From: Chiloscyllium plagiosum
Taxonomy: Eukaryota
Direction of reading: 5' to 3'
Assembly: GCF_004010195.1 (NCBI RefSeq)
Contig: NC_057735.1
Location: 11,224,441-11,288,440 of the forward strand
Length of the DNA: 64,000 nt
Under the pieces are notes generated by a model. The model was not told where the DNA came from. It ran no database searches and saw only the letters and a program-made list of their open reading frames with translations. Within the stretch, counting starts at the first letter, position 1. Every line of letters begins with the position of its first letter. The position numbers and the translations under genes are program-made. Positions 36,205 through 49,700 of this stretch are shown in pieces.

Positions 36205-36295
36205 TTGTGTTGTCTGGGATGTGATACGCTGGGTACTCTTCACTCTCCTGGTGATTTGTTCTGTTTCAGTCACGATGTTTACACGAAAAAAATAG
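36205..36295 (+). pseudogene. Pseudogene B terminal TM exon, activating type
   Basis: Strong acceptor tttcttctgttttacacag, phase 2 like the other TM exons; reads CVVWDVIRWVLFTLLVICSVSVTMFTRKK*. Confidence 0.8.
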
Positions 36296-37577
36296 GCGAG
36301 CATCATGGCCTTTACATGAATGATTTTGAGCACTCTAAGTTCCCCATCAATGAGGTGGCCCTGGGTGGAGGGGTTTCGAAGCAGGAGACACAGTTTGAGA
36401 AGAATGGGTTGACCATTTGGGACTGAGATGAGCAGGAATTTCTTCACTCAGAGGGTGATGGTTTGTTGGAATTCTCTGCCCCAGAGAGCTCTTGAGGGAC
36501 CAGCCTTGAGTATATTCAAAACAGAGATCAATAATGTTCTGGGTAATAAAGGTAGGGAGGGACATGGAATTAGTGCAAGAAAAATAGTATTCAGGTAGAA
36601 GATCTGCTCTGATCCAGGTGAATGCTGAATGAGCCTCGAGGGGCTGAATGGCCTACTCTGGTCCTGCCTCATCTCTCTCCATGATGACCTCATGCTGTTA
36701 AATGCTGTCATTGGACCAGCCTCCATCACTTCCTCTGGCAGCTCATTTCATACACACACCCACCATCTGTGCGAAAAAGTTACTCCTCAGGTCCTTTTGA
36801 AATCTTTTCCCTCTCACCTTCAACCTATGCCCTCTAGATCTGGACACTCTCATTGGAGAAAAAGACCTTGGCTGTTCACCCTGTCCATGCCCTCGTTTAA
36901 ACCTTATTGGATAATATAGTCATGTGTCCTAATCTGGAATGAAGACAATGTAAATGCTGTTGGGTAGAGAGACAAGTGAGTTAGTATGTAATAGTTTGAT
37001 TGGATGAAACCTTGTTATCTGTTAAAATAATAAAATATGTTTGTTGCTGTCCAAACGATTTGATCTATTTAGCATTTATTGGTGTGAACAGCTCCCACAC
37101 AGACATTAATAAATATTTTTAAACAACGAAACCTGCGTCTTGTCTGATCTAAAGAGGAAATACAGGGGAGGGTTGGGGCCAATAAGGGCTTTGTAATTCT
37201 CAAAGACATGGGCCTGATGGGAAATTAGGGACATAATGGCTACAGAGAGAGCGAATGAAGAGAAATGATGAGGTGACAAAAGATCATTGAACCCACAGGG
37301 ACAGCAACAATAAAGAGAGAAAGAAGGATCATTCTGTATCACAGATAGAGTCTGTTGTTAATTCACAGAAACACCCCACTGCCTGTGTCTGCAGCGTATG
37401 GAGCACCTTATTGAAGCTACTAATAGTTCTGAAGAATGATCAACGGACCCAAAACAGTAACTCTGCTTTCTCTCCACAGACACAGTCAGGCCTGCTGTGT
37501 TTCTCCAGCAATTTCTGTTTTTGTCACAAAAACATTCAGTTGACACTTCACCAATCCTGATCCAGTTGCTGCACAGT

Positions 37578-37885
37578 GGGCGGCACGGTGGCTCAGTAGT
37601 TAGCACTGCTGCCTCACAGCGCCAGAGACCCGGGTTCAATTCCCGCCTCAGGCGACTGACTGTGTGGAGTTTGCACGTTCTCCCCGTGTCTGCGTGGGTT
37701 TCCTCCGGGTGCTCCGGTTTCCTCCCACAGTCCAAAGATGTGCAGGGCAGGTGAATTGGCCATGCTAAATTCCCCATAGTGTTAGGTAAGGGGTAAATGT
37801 AGGGGTATGGGTGGGTTGCGCTTCGGCGGGTCGGAGTGGACTTGTTGGGCCGAAGGGCCTGTTTCCACACTGTAAGTAATCTAAT
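37578..37885 (+). mobile_element. HE1-like V-SINE
   Basis: gggcggcacggtggctcagtagttagcactgctgcctcacagcgccagagacccgggttcaattccc… head, V core, taatcta tail. Confidence 0.92.
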
Positions 37886-38502
37886 AATTGTGTAAAATGA
37901 TTGACACCAGATTACAGAGTGCATGTGGAGTCAGTTATTCAGATTTTGGGATGGGGAGGCGAAGAGGGTGGGGGCGAATGTAAAAGTCTATTAATTTGAA
38001 ACCTATTCGGGGCAATTGCATCCACCATGCATCCACTGATTCAGTCCTATCACTGGCATCAAATTACACTTCAACAACAGGTCACTCATTGTCCAGAAAG
38101 AAACATTACAGGTGATGGCCTCAAGCAATCATTGACTACAACATTGTTCACCCTCGGTGTCTCATTAACGAGGCGAATGTAATCAGACAAGCTCATTTTA
38201 AAGTTCCAGTTGGGTTTGGTATTTTGGTAATGCACTATCATGCTATCAGTGGAAGACAGCAATTCTCAGCTGCCACGTTCACACACTGAATTGTAAGTCT
38301 GTGACGACGTTGACTACAATGTGCAATGGTGATTTATTTCTAAAAATGTTTCTGTCAGCAGCAAGCTGTGTGTGAATGACTCATTGTAAATGAACACACA
38401 TTCAGTTTGGGCCCATTCCATTAAACCCTCAAACAGGTTCATGGTCAATGAGGAACATAACTGAGAAACAGGACAGGTCAGGCAGCATTGAAGGAGCAGG
38501 AG

Positions 38503-38538
38503 AATCGACGTTTCGAGCATCAGCCCTTCTTCAGGAAT
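38503..38538 (-). ncRNA. Minimal hammerhead ribozyme motif (family B) within a short repeat fragment
   Basis: Minus strand: AUUC-CUGAAGA-A-GGGC-UGAU-GCUC-GAAA-CGUC^-GAUU. Confidence 0.6.
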
Positions 38539-38945
38539 GAGGCTTGTGGGCAAGGACTGAGAAATAAAGGGGGTGAGCCTGAGGGAAACTCAGCATAACT
38601 CAGGAGTCAAGAAATACTGTATATCACCAAGTGATAAAGCAGGGACATTCACCAACTCTTTTAAAATCCTTAAAAAGCTTATTAGACACTTGGGGTTGAT
38701 CTCCTGCTAAAACTCCAGAGCCTGTGGGGAAAGCCCATTGTGAAACCACAACCCATACCTGCAGACACCCATTGCCTACAGCTCAGTAAAGAGGGAGAAC
38801 TGTGTCACCTGGAGCAATATGTCTGCAGCCACGTTTGCGCAGCCACTGACAGAAATGTTCAGTGGAGATGCTTTCTGGAAAGGCAGGGAGGGGGCAGTTT
38901 TCTTAGAGTCCACATCAGTGTTAATCAACAGGATATTGTGGGTGA

Positions 38946-39284
38946 TTAGATTACTAATCTTTAGATTAGATTAGATTAGATTACTTTACAGTGTGGAAAC
39001 AGGCCCTTCGGCCCAACAAGTCCACAACGACCCGCCGAAGCGCAAACCACCCATACCCCTACATTTACCCCTTACCTAACACTACGGACAATTTAGCATG
39101 GCCAATTCACCTGATCTGCACATCTTTTGGAACTGTGGGAGGAAACCGGAGCACCCGGAGGAAACCCACGCAGACACGGGGAGAATGTGCAAACTCCACA
39201 CAGTCAGTCGCCTGAGGCGGGAACTGAACCCGGGTCTCTGGCGCTGTGAGGCAGCAGTGCTAACCACTGTGCCACCGTGCCGCC
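38946..39284 (-). mobile_element. HE1-like V-SINE
   Basis: Full head, core and tail; the empty site is visible in the paralogous block at about 22785. Confidence 0.92.
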
Positions 39285-40619
39285 CACTCTGGGTCAGTCA
39301 AGGCTGTACTGAGAGTTTTCAGACCCTTTGTTCGCAATCTCTGGGAAGGAAACGTCCCGGGACAGGCTCATGTCCACGTTGTGGGTGGATCACTGCACCA
39401 TTCCAGAGCAAATGGGACATCCATCCGAATGGGGGAGGGGCTTTGTGGCAGCTCCAGGTCCTGCAATTGTTCGTCTCAGAAGAACGGTCTTTTAAAAACT
39501 GCTGAGTGACAGTCTACCAGGATGTGGCTTTGACACTGAACAAGTCACTTTACAGGATCCCTGACAATTAGATCAGATATTCTTCACTTTGTTAATAACT
39601 GCTGTCTTCACTGTTTCATCACAGAATCTAATTTTTCAATCTGGTCCGATTTTTCCAACTGATTCAACAGTGTCCATGTCATTCAGGGGCTGGGGGATCT
39701 CTGCTCTCTGTTTCTGGCCCTCAGACACTGGTGACCTGACAGCAGAGGGGTTTCATCCCCATTGGGGTATTAACCTCCAAATGTTTCCAAGTGTTCTCCA
39801 GGAGTTTACCCAACGTGTTGTTTCTGTTTCCCAGACAGAGTATTGCGATGGTCCTCGTTGGTTCAGTCTCTGGGTAATGACTCCAGTGACACTCCTTCCA
39901 TATTAAGGGTTAAGGTGGGGGCACTGCCTTCAGCATTGGGGCTGGGGATGAGCAGGGTTGGTGAAGGGTGTCAGCCCCTTTGATCTTCTCAAAGGTGAAA
40001 CCCAGCTTGGTTCACCAGACTCACTCATCATCAACCATGTCCTGGTGAATACAAAACCCCATGTCAGTCGGTTCACCAGAGGGATCCTCACCTTGGAATT
40101 GAAGCTCACTCCCAGTTACTCAATCACAGCTCACTTCCCCCTGAATTTTCTCCCTGTCGGTTGAGTTTCATTCTCTGCCTGAAATCGGCCCCAGGACCTT
40201 TTACTTGGATCTTGTGGAAATGGAGCAGAGGGTGTCCTTCTCCTGCCCATCTAGGAGCTCAGATCCTGACACAATAATTATTCAGCACAGCTGATAGGAG
40301 GCATATTCTGCAGACAAAATATTCGAAAGAGTTCTATTTTTAGCTGAAGGCTTAATTTTTGCAAACTAAATCTATGTCTGTCTAAAACTGTAGGTTGAAA
40401 TTTCCTAACATGGGAGAATGTGCCAGTTGTCATTCAAATGAGATTTCAGTATACATACTGAGCTTCGGTCAACATTATCCTGAGCACCTGATGCATTAAC
40501 TGTCTTGATTTCAGAATTTTCTGTTCATTCAATGAAAATTCTTTAGCTCTGTTAAACATAACCAAGGAGAAAATATTCTTCAGGATTAAATTTCACCATC
40601 TGGCTCACTGTAGTTTCAG

Positions 40620-40749
40620 AAGCTGGTTTCCTGTATCCTCTTCCTCATTTAACTTCTTGTAGACATTGCATTACACGCTAACTTCAATGTGAGAAACAAG
40701 AGCCGAGAGAGTGACATCAAGAACTGAACTGATCTTTGAGAATAAAACG
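40620..40749 (+). promoter_or_regulatory. Putative TATA-less promoter/5'UTR of gene C with ETS/PU.1-type cores
   Basis: TTTCCTG (40627-40633) and CTTCCTC (40640-40646, GAGGAAG on the minus strand) lie about 110 bp before the ATG. Function is inferred only. Confidence 0.35.
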
Positions 40750-40786
40750 ATGTGGATTTTGATTCTCCTCATCTGTTCCATTCCCG
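40750..40786 (+). CDS. Gene C leader exon (signal peptide)
   Basis: aaaacgATG TGG ATT TTG ATT CTC CTC ATC TGT TCC ATT CCC G|GTGAGT = MWILILLICSIP, phase 1. Confidence 0.85.
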
Positions 40787-43700
40787 GTGAGTGACCATCT
40801 GAGTTGTATATTCAGATAATCCACACTTGTTGAAATCCACTGTGTTATAAAGTAGAAATGTTTAAATATTTGAAGATACATAATTGGAAAAGGGAGAGCT
40901 TGTGACACAATGGGTAACATTGTTATTGCTGTGACAAATGCTGAGAGTTCAATTCTCACAAAAGTACACTTTTCAAAGGAATGTGTCTTCTCACAAAGCC
41001 AAACAGGTTCATTTTCAACCTACAAATCCTTCCAACATACAGAGAGCAGGACTGGGTGAGATTCCACATCAGTCTTTTCCAATGCACACTTAAAAATCAC
41101 ACAAAACAAAGTTTTAGTCCAGCAGGTTTATTTGGAAGCACTAGCTTTCAGAGCACTGCTCCTTCATCAGGTGAACACAACCAGCTAATGAAGAAGCAGC
41201 TAATGCTTCCAAATAAACCTGTTGAACTATAAACTGGTGTTGTGTGATTTGTCTACCCCAGTCAAACACCGGCACCTCAAAGTCATGGTTATCCAATGCA
41301 GAGTGACACCCTTCACATCACAGCAACTGGCTTCAGGCTGGTGACAAGCTGCAGAAAACAGACACAGCATGGACTTTGTCTGCCCCATGTGACTCTAAAT
41401 ATGGGCGCCATTGAAGCTTAAATGAACAAACATAAAAGTACATGAACAACATCACAAAATGTAATAATTCTACTGAACACTTTATAATCATGCTGCAGAG
41501 TTCCCAAATAATTTAGAGCGGCATAATGAATTATGAATTAAATTAAAAGGGTACCATAACCTTTCTTTTTTGTGTAAAAAAGCAGCACAATTATTTTAAT
41601 TTGACTGAAATTTTCAATTTTCAATACACACTGAAAAGTGTATGAGTAATAAGCCCTCAAACAAAACATTTTGAGTTTGCTTTTATTTCTTTTATTTTTG
41701 AAGATCAATTCATTAAATATCGCTCTGAGGCTCAGTCAAAAAAGGAGCTGGTTGGTTTATATTTCTCTTCACTTCGAAAAGCCTTTTTCCTTTCAGTCTA
41801 ACTTGAATCAAGTTGTTTGCTCTCTTTCAATTCCATTGATTTACATATTACAATGTAACACTGCAATAAAGTTAATGCTCATCATTGCAATCGCTCCATT
41901 AATGATAAAGAAATTTTTGGAAGACTCAAGAATAAAATTCTCAGTGTCGCTTTACCCTAGGCTACAGCTCTGTGAATTCTGTTACATGAAAATCCCCTTA
42001 AATGTTTTGTGGCTCCGGCCCACCAACTTCATGCAGAATATTTCATGGACAGAAATCTGAAACATGCACCTCTCTGTTTTCACAATTCTCTCTCTTTCAA
42101 GGCTTCCTTTTTCCAGTAAGGTCTCTGTCTCCAAACCAGCATCATTTTTAATCATTCACGTATCTCCGTCCCTTTCATCTCAGCTCTCCACCTCTTCACT
42201 TACAATTAAAATCCTTGTTATTTTACTCAAGAATTGTTTGCCACATAAAGGGCAGTTCTCCCAACAAAACTGATGGTCTGGTATTTATTGAAGTAAAGTC
42301 TACCCAGTCATCAACAGGCTTCTCCTCTTCAACACCAGGACGCAATGTGGCAGCAATTTCAACATTTTCTCATGAACCATCTCTCTGGCACAATCAGTAA
42401 ATTGCTTCTGTTATTTTATTATCCATACAATGACAACAATATGTGATTATAAATAATCCTGCCTTTGCTGCCCTCAAGATCCTCCACATTGATCTCTCTC
42501 CCATCGTGAACGGTCCCTTGCTGAACTTTAATTCTCTTCCTTTCCCACTTGAAGCCTCTCATCATCTTGCCTGGGTCACCTGTTGTATCTGCCCCGTTAG
42601 CCCTGAAAATGCAGCCCCTGAGCCCACCATGAGTCTCCACACACTCCCCTCTTCTCCCTGGATGAATCCCTCCTTCTCCGGTCGGAGTAAGGATCCTTCA
42701 GCACCTGTACCCTCCTTCGCACTGATCCCCAGCCGACTCCAACCCAGGCCTGTCACTCAGGCTGCTCTCTGGGGGGGCGGGGGCAACATTTCGATGATGT
42801 CACACACGGTGGAGTCAGAGCCCACTGCGGGCAGCACAAACCCAATTTCAAGATTGTCCCAAAGCTTGACCAGTGGGGTAAGAGAATATCCCGACTGTTT
42901 CAATCATTCCCTGGGAATTCGTAACAGCCTGAGGCTCGGATAAGGGTTTATATTAATGATTACATTCATCATGTACTGGATGGAATGTAGCTGATTAAAA
43001 TGTATCTGTTTGTAATAAGCAATTCTTTCCAGTTAAATCTCTGAAATATTGTCTCCTCATTTTCAGGTGCTTTATGGGCAGAGAAACACGTTACGGGAAT
43101 TTTGGGAAGAACGATCACAATATCTTGTCATTACGAAGCACGGAGGTACCAATCACACATGAAATATTGGTGTCATGGATGGACTCGTCTGTGTCAGGTT
43201 ATAGCAACGACAAATTGGCCAAATGGGAGAATATCAATCACTGATCACAAAACACAAGGAATATTTCTTGTCACAATCACGAATCTTCAATGGAGAGATG
43301 CAGGATGGTACAGATGTGGGATCGAGACTCCTGGCCATGACCTAATGTTTAATGTAAAGCTGCACATTTCTGCTGGTACGTGACTCATTTTCTTTTAAAT
43401 TACTCTCTGCTGATGTGTCTGATCAGTGTTTTATCCAGGAAGAAAAGTGACAAAGTGTTGGGGAATATTTGAATTTTCTCACAGAATAATTGTTTCTTTC
43501 CCACAGAAGCTGTGTCTGTTCCTGGATTTCAATATTTATCCCAACCAACTGTCTCATGTTCTGGGGGTTCAGTGACAGTCTCTTGTGAGTCTACCCAGGG
43601 ATCCCTCCCCATTCACTACACATGGTCTGAGAAGACCCCATCTCAAGATTCAAAGATCTCTTACACCAATAAACTGGATCTACATTGTCAATCCTTCACA

Positions 43701-46700
43701 CAGCAACATCATCAATATTACTGCACAGCCTCAAATACTCAGGGAACAAAACCCAGTGAAATTGTTCATGTCTCAGTCAGCAATGTAAGAGAGAAGAACT
43801 GCAGTTACAGGATACAGACCAACAGCATCAGTAAGTGTGATGTAAACAACGTTTGTTTATTATCTCTCTCTGGGAAACTGTAATTGAGAAAATGCACTCC
43901 ATTTGTTTCATTATCAGTTCTGAACAAAGACAATGGTTTACACTGTACTTTGAAAATGAGCAAGTTCATAAAATCCTACCCACAGCATAGAGAGACCTTG
44001 CAACATCTCCAATGATTCCAGCAAATTAAAATAGCATTTGATTGACAGACAATTTGCATTTTTCTAACAGAAGGAATTATTAAATTCAGTCAGTGACTGT
44101 TGTGTGCAGATTTAGGACACATATTGGAGACAGATTGGAGATCAGTTGCACAAATGAAATACAGAGGAACCTCAATTATCTGAACGTCGTTGATACTAAT
44201 TTTGGGTTATCCAAACAGGTTCTCAAGGTCCCGATGCTTTGGTGAACTGTATTATCCAAACATTCGATTATCCAGACAAAACATTCCCTTCCCGAGTCAT
44301 TTGGATAATTAAGGGTCCTCTGTATATGTAAATATTGCCTGCAGCCATTTCCTGATATGATCTGTTTGAGCTGTCAGAGAAGAAGCAAGTCAGCATCAAG
44401 TCGAAGTGACACCCGGGAACTGTATTTGGAACTATCAGCAGCAGCTCATGTGGCTGCACTCTCACTTCTGATGGCAGCATGTTGGGGGTTCCAGTTCCCC
44501 TTCGGGGTTAAAATTCAGCTGGATCCCACTGCCCAGCAGAGAGAAGTAATGCTGTGCTGTGGCAGGTGAGACAGTGTCGATGAGGCGATAAACTGAGAAC
44601 CTGTTCCCCCTTTAGGAATGGCACCATTTGTAAACTATTTACAGAATAGAGGTTCTCCTGGTGTCTGAGCAAGCATTCATTCCTCAATCAATGTTACTAA
44701 AAACAATCAGATTTTTGATAGAATGATTTCAATGCTATTGGCTGCTGCAATTTAAGTTTGAGATATTGTTGCATTCCAATTGTTTGTTTCCATCTCCTCA
44801 GATCCTGTAATGTACCAAAACCCATCTGATTCATTAATGTCCTTTAGGGAAGGAAATCTCTAGCCTTTCCAGGTCTGGTCTACATGGGCCTTCAGCAATG
44901 TGGTTTCTTCTTAAACTGCCCTCTTCAAAAGGTTTAGAAAGTCACTCAGTCAGGTGTAATTAGGAATGGGCAACAAAAGCTGGCCGTTAAAGACCAAAAG
45001 ATAGAGAATTAACAGTTTATTTGTTGCAGAAATAATTCACATAAAACACACCCAAGCCGTATTGTCTGTGTACCCCTTGGAGATGGGGAACCTCATCTGT
45101 CTACCTCATGGATCCTTATGGTTCAGTTGATGGAAAATCTTTGGTGGGTTATGTGTCTATAGATGAGGTTTCCCATTATTCCTGCAAGCTCAGAAAACCC
45201 CCTCAAGAGGGTGGAAGTGACCACTGTCTATGTCAACAAGTGACAGCTCCATGTGAAACCCGTGGTTTTAAACAAGTGGGATATCTGGGTCGTAGTTACC
45301 AGCCCAAACCCTTTAACAAACCCCAATGGAACACACCAACTCTCAGATTCAGGGAAAAAAGTAACCGGGATCGTCATTGTGTGTAACCACAGGAGATGGG
45401 AGAGATACTAAACAGAAGAGGAAGTGCTGAAAGTCTCAAAATGCATAACAAGAGATAAATCTCCAAGATCCGATCAAGTGTCATCCAGACCAATGTGGGA
45501 AATTAGGGAAGAAATTGTGGGGCCCCTAACAAAGCTATTTGTATCATCCACAGTCACAGGTGAGGTGCTGGAGGACTGGAGGGTGGCTAATATTATTCAT
45601 TTAGTTAGGAAAGGCTGTATGAAGGAGCCTGGGAATTATAGATCTGCAAGTCTGACAGTAGTGGTGGGTAGGTTGTTGGAGGGGATTTTGAGAGATTGCA
45701 TGTATATCCATTTGGAGAGGCACAAACTGATTAGGTATCATGCATTGGAAATCGTGTGTTACAAACTTGATTGAATTTTTTGAGGACGTAACTAAAAAGG
45801 TTGATTAGGGTAGAGCAGTAGGCAAGGGTTCACATGGTGGACAAAATAAAGTTAGGTAACATGGGATTCAGGGTGAGCTTGCCAATTGAATACAAAATTA
45901 ACTTGATGGCAGGAGACAGAGGGTAATGGTGGAGGGTCATTTTTTTCGATTGGAGATGTGTGACCAGTGGTGTTCTGCAGGGATCGGATTAAGTTATCTA
46001 ACTGATTTGAATGAGAATTTAGAAGACATGGTTAGCAAGTTTGTGGATGACACCAGAAATTGGTGGTATTGTTGACAGTGATGAATGTTTAGGGTGGCAC
46101 GGTGGCACAGTGGTTAGCACTGCTGCCTCACAGCGCCAGAGACCCGGGTTCAATTCCCGCCTCAGGTGACTGACTGTGTGGAGTTTGCATGTTCTCCCCG
46201 TGTCTGCGTGGGTTTCCTCCGGGTGCTCCGGTTTCCTCCCACAATCCAAAGATGTGCAGGTCAGGTGAATTGGCCATGCTAAATTGCCCGTAGTGTTAGA
46301 TAAGGGGTAAATGTTGGGGTATGGGTGGGTTGCGCTTCGGCGGGTCGGAGTGAACTTGTTGGGCCGAAGGGCCTGTTTCCACACTGTAATGTAATGTAAA
46401 ATGTAATGTTATCTATGATTACAAAGGGATCTTGCTCAATTGGGCCAATTAGCTGAGGATTGGCAGATAGAGTTTCATTTGGATCAATGCGAGCTATAGC
46501 CTTTTGGTAAAACGAACAAAGACAGGACTTATACAATTAAAGGTAGGGCCCTGGGTAATGCTGTCGAACAGAGACCCGCGGATCTTTGAAATTTGCATCA
46601 CAGGTAGACAGGGTGGTTAAGAAGGTATTTAGCATGCTTACCGTCATTGCTCAGACCAATGAGTGTTGGAGTTGGAACATCACGTTGAGCTTGCATAGAA

Positions 46701-49700
46701 TGATGGTGAGGCCACTTTTGGTTTCGTGTGTACAGTTCGAGTCACCCTGCTTCAGGAAGGTTATTATTAAATTGAAGAGGTTTCAGAAAAGATCAACTAA
46801 GATGTTGTCGTGATTGGAGGGTTTGAGTGATAAGGATAGGCTGGGACTTTTTCCACTGGATCGGAGAAGGTTGAGAGGTGACTTTATAAGAGGGTAATAA
46901 AATCATGAGGTGAATAGCAAAGGTTTTTAATCATGAGGCAGAGTGAGTTCAAAGTGAGGAGGTATATTTTTAAGATGTGAGGAGAATAATGGAAAAGGGA
47001 CCTGAGGTGCCACACGTTCACACAGAGGGTGGCTCATTTGTGGAATGAAATGGCAGAGGACATGGTGGATGAAGCTGGAGTTACAACATTTAAACGACAT
47101 TTGATTAGATACATGAAGAGAAAAGGTTTGGAGTGACATGAGCCAAACGCAGAAGAGTGGTACTAGTTTATTTTGAGAAACTTGTTGGGCACTGATGCGT
47201 TGAACAGAAGGGTCTCTTTCCGTGCTGACCATGACTCTAACATTTTCAGCAGAGTTAGACCACTGATAGGTGTCATTGTTACCATGGAAGGGGAATTGAT
47301 GCAAAACTCCATGATATCAAATGGGCTTTTCCCCAAGTAATGAGGTTCCATTTGTCCATGAGGTTCTCTTGGGTAACTACAAGTGAAAAGGACACTAATC
47401 TGAACATCATTTCCTTGTTTCAACAGGTGAACAATATACTTGTGCTGTTTCTTCAACAACATCACCAGGAACTGCACATTCCCCAAATTCAAGTGGAAGT
47501 TCCTCTGCCAGTCTAACCCGACTCTCCGGAAATAATTCCCATGAAACGTATGATATTATCTTTTTCATTCCATATGTGAGGTTTACAATATTTTTGAACA
47601 ATTTTGGCGAAACGTGTCAAAGCCTTTTGTTGTTTTGGAAATGAAAATGGTGCTGGGTTTATATTGGGCTCCTGTGTTAGTTCTATATTAAAGGTTCAAT
47701 TGTTTTTGAAAAGCACAAATGGAAAATAATTGTTTCTATTTTGTTGGCCCTCAGATGGCATTGCTCAGCTTCATTACTTCACCATTAAACTACATCATGT
47801 GTGATGTCCCCTGCTTGCCAAACGTACCTTGCTGCTGTGATCTTCAGTGACGTTTCAGGATAGTTTCAATCCTGCTGGTGAAAAGGAAGGTTTGAAGTGA
47901 TATCTCTGCACAGGGACAGATAGCTTGCAGCGTTAGGCTTTAGACTGAGCTCATCAGCCTGAGCTGTTGGAAATAAGCTGCAGGAACTGCAAGTGTGATA
48001 TAAACACTGAGGAAATAATTCTTGAATGTTACAATGGTGATGAAGAGAAAGTGCCACTTAAGTGTCAGTCAGAAATGGAGAATATTGGAAACTGTGATTT
48101 AGTCCACATTTGGGCAGAAATAGTTCAGTGCAGAATTCTTCACAATTCTAGTCCACACCCGAAGCAACCCCCAGATACTGTCTGATCATACCTTTCCAGC
48201 AACTTCTGTTTTTCATTCAGGTCTCCAGCACATGTTATTCATTTGTTTTTAAACAGATAATACTCTGGTGATTCAAAAAGCATTGAAAGTTTATAAATTT
48301 TATTTGCGGTCCTATCTATATGTCTATTGTGTAAGTTTGTGTAAATGAAGATCATCGGAATCTAACATCCATTATCAAACCTGTTGTTGCTAATTTTTAG
48401 TGGCCATCCAGTGTTCTTTTATTCCATTTTTACTGAGTGAAATTTACCACATCTTAAAAAGACTCTGTGGTGGTACACTCACCTTCTATGCCAGAGATTG
48501 TGAGTTCACTTCCTCTTCAGAACCATGGGCACATTATCAATGCTGAGTCTCTAGTGCAGTACTGAGGGAGTGCCATGCTATTGTGGTACTATATTCCCTG
48601 TGTGATGAATCCAGACCCCATCTCCCCGTCTCAGGGGAACGTGACAGATCTCATGGTGATATTTGTGGAAGAGTAGGGCTGTTCTCCCTGGAGACCTGGG
48701 CAATACTTTTCCCTTAACAATCCCAAATTGCATGATCAGTCATCTGATTATTGTTTGTTGGAACATACTGTGTGCAAATTGAATACCATGTTTGCCTAAA
48801 AAACATGTAATATTTCACTTCCTGCATTGTTTTTGGATGTCCTGAGGTCATGAAAGTGTTTCTTAATATATTTCTTGCATCAAATGGCCTAGAATCGATT
48901 GTGAACTAAGACTGTCCCTTTTCTATTCTCAATATCCCAGTCTGGTTTACGTTGTGGTCGGTGTACTGGGGGCCATTCTGGTTGTTTTTGGTGTTGCTCT
49001 ACTTTTGTACCTGAGACAAATCAACAAGGGTGAGTTTTTATTTCTCTTCAATTGTTTCATTTACCTCAATAGCTTGTAGTTGAGAATAGTAAGTATATCA
49101 GACTTGGATCTTCTAATGGCTAGAGATCTGATATTCCAGTACAGTCAGGAGCTGCATGTGGGAACTCTGCAGAATCTCCATCCTAGCAGACGCTGAAGGG
49201 ATTGCCCTGAAAATTGAATGTTCCACTTGGCAATTCCTCAAACCTGGGACCATTCATTTAATTCAGAGATTTTCAATAAGATTCAGTAAAATCATTACTC
49301 AGTAAAAGTTAGTGGCCAAATAAATGAGTGGCCAAATGTCTGAGTAACTGTTGAACTAACCCCATACTTACTTCACATGTCCCGAACTATATCTTCTCAA
49401 GCCTCCTTCCACCCCTCAGACCCATGTTGGGAATTGTGTTGTGATGGTGATGAATGAAGTTCAGTGCATACAGGATTATGCACACTGCAAAACATGTTCA
49501 GTTTGAAGATTTTGAACATCCAGCATTCCTGTCAAATTAGCTTGAACAATTCAATTGTAATGTTTCAGGTACACTCTGCATCATGTGTCAACAAAGAGAT
49601 AAGTCTCTTAATAATGACCAGGTAAGGATGATAAATATTAAACTGTTTAGAAATTTGCAGAACATAGAAAATGTCTGTGCTGGAAATCCTGTTTGGTCCA

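Larger units (their letters stand above)
29500..36295 (+). pseudogene. Pseudogene B: activating-type paralogue (V, truncated C2, stalk, Arg-containing TM, short tail)
   Basis: The V exon has a 1-nt deletion, W-to-TGA at 29618-29620, C-to-Y and a 6-nt deletion. The C2 exon is cut at 30124. No leader exon found. Confidence 0.88.

Noticed and set aside
37578-37655. tRNA-like sequences at SINE heads (here and in the other HE1-like copies)
   Set aside because: They are tRNA-derived SINE promoters followed by the V-SINE core and LINE tail, not tRNA genes.
42443-42943. 166-aa + strand ORF upstream of gene C's V exon
   Set aside because: No recognisable domain, and the frame is not preserved in the paralogous introns (4770-5260, 28880-29380). 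Treated as a chance intronic ORF.
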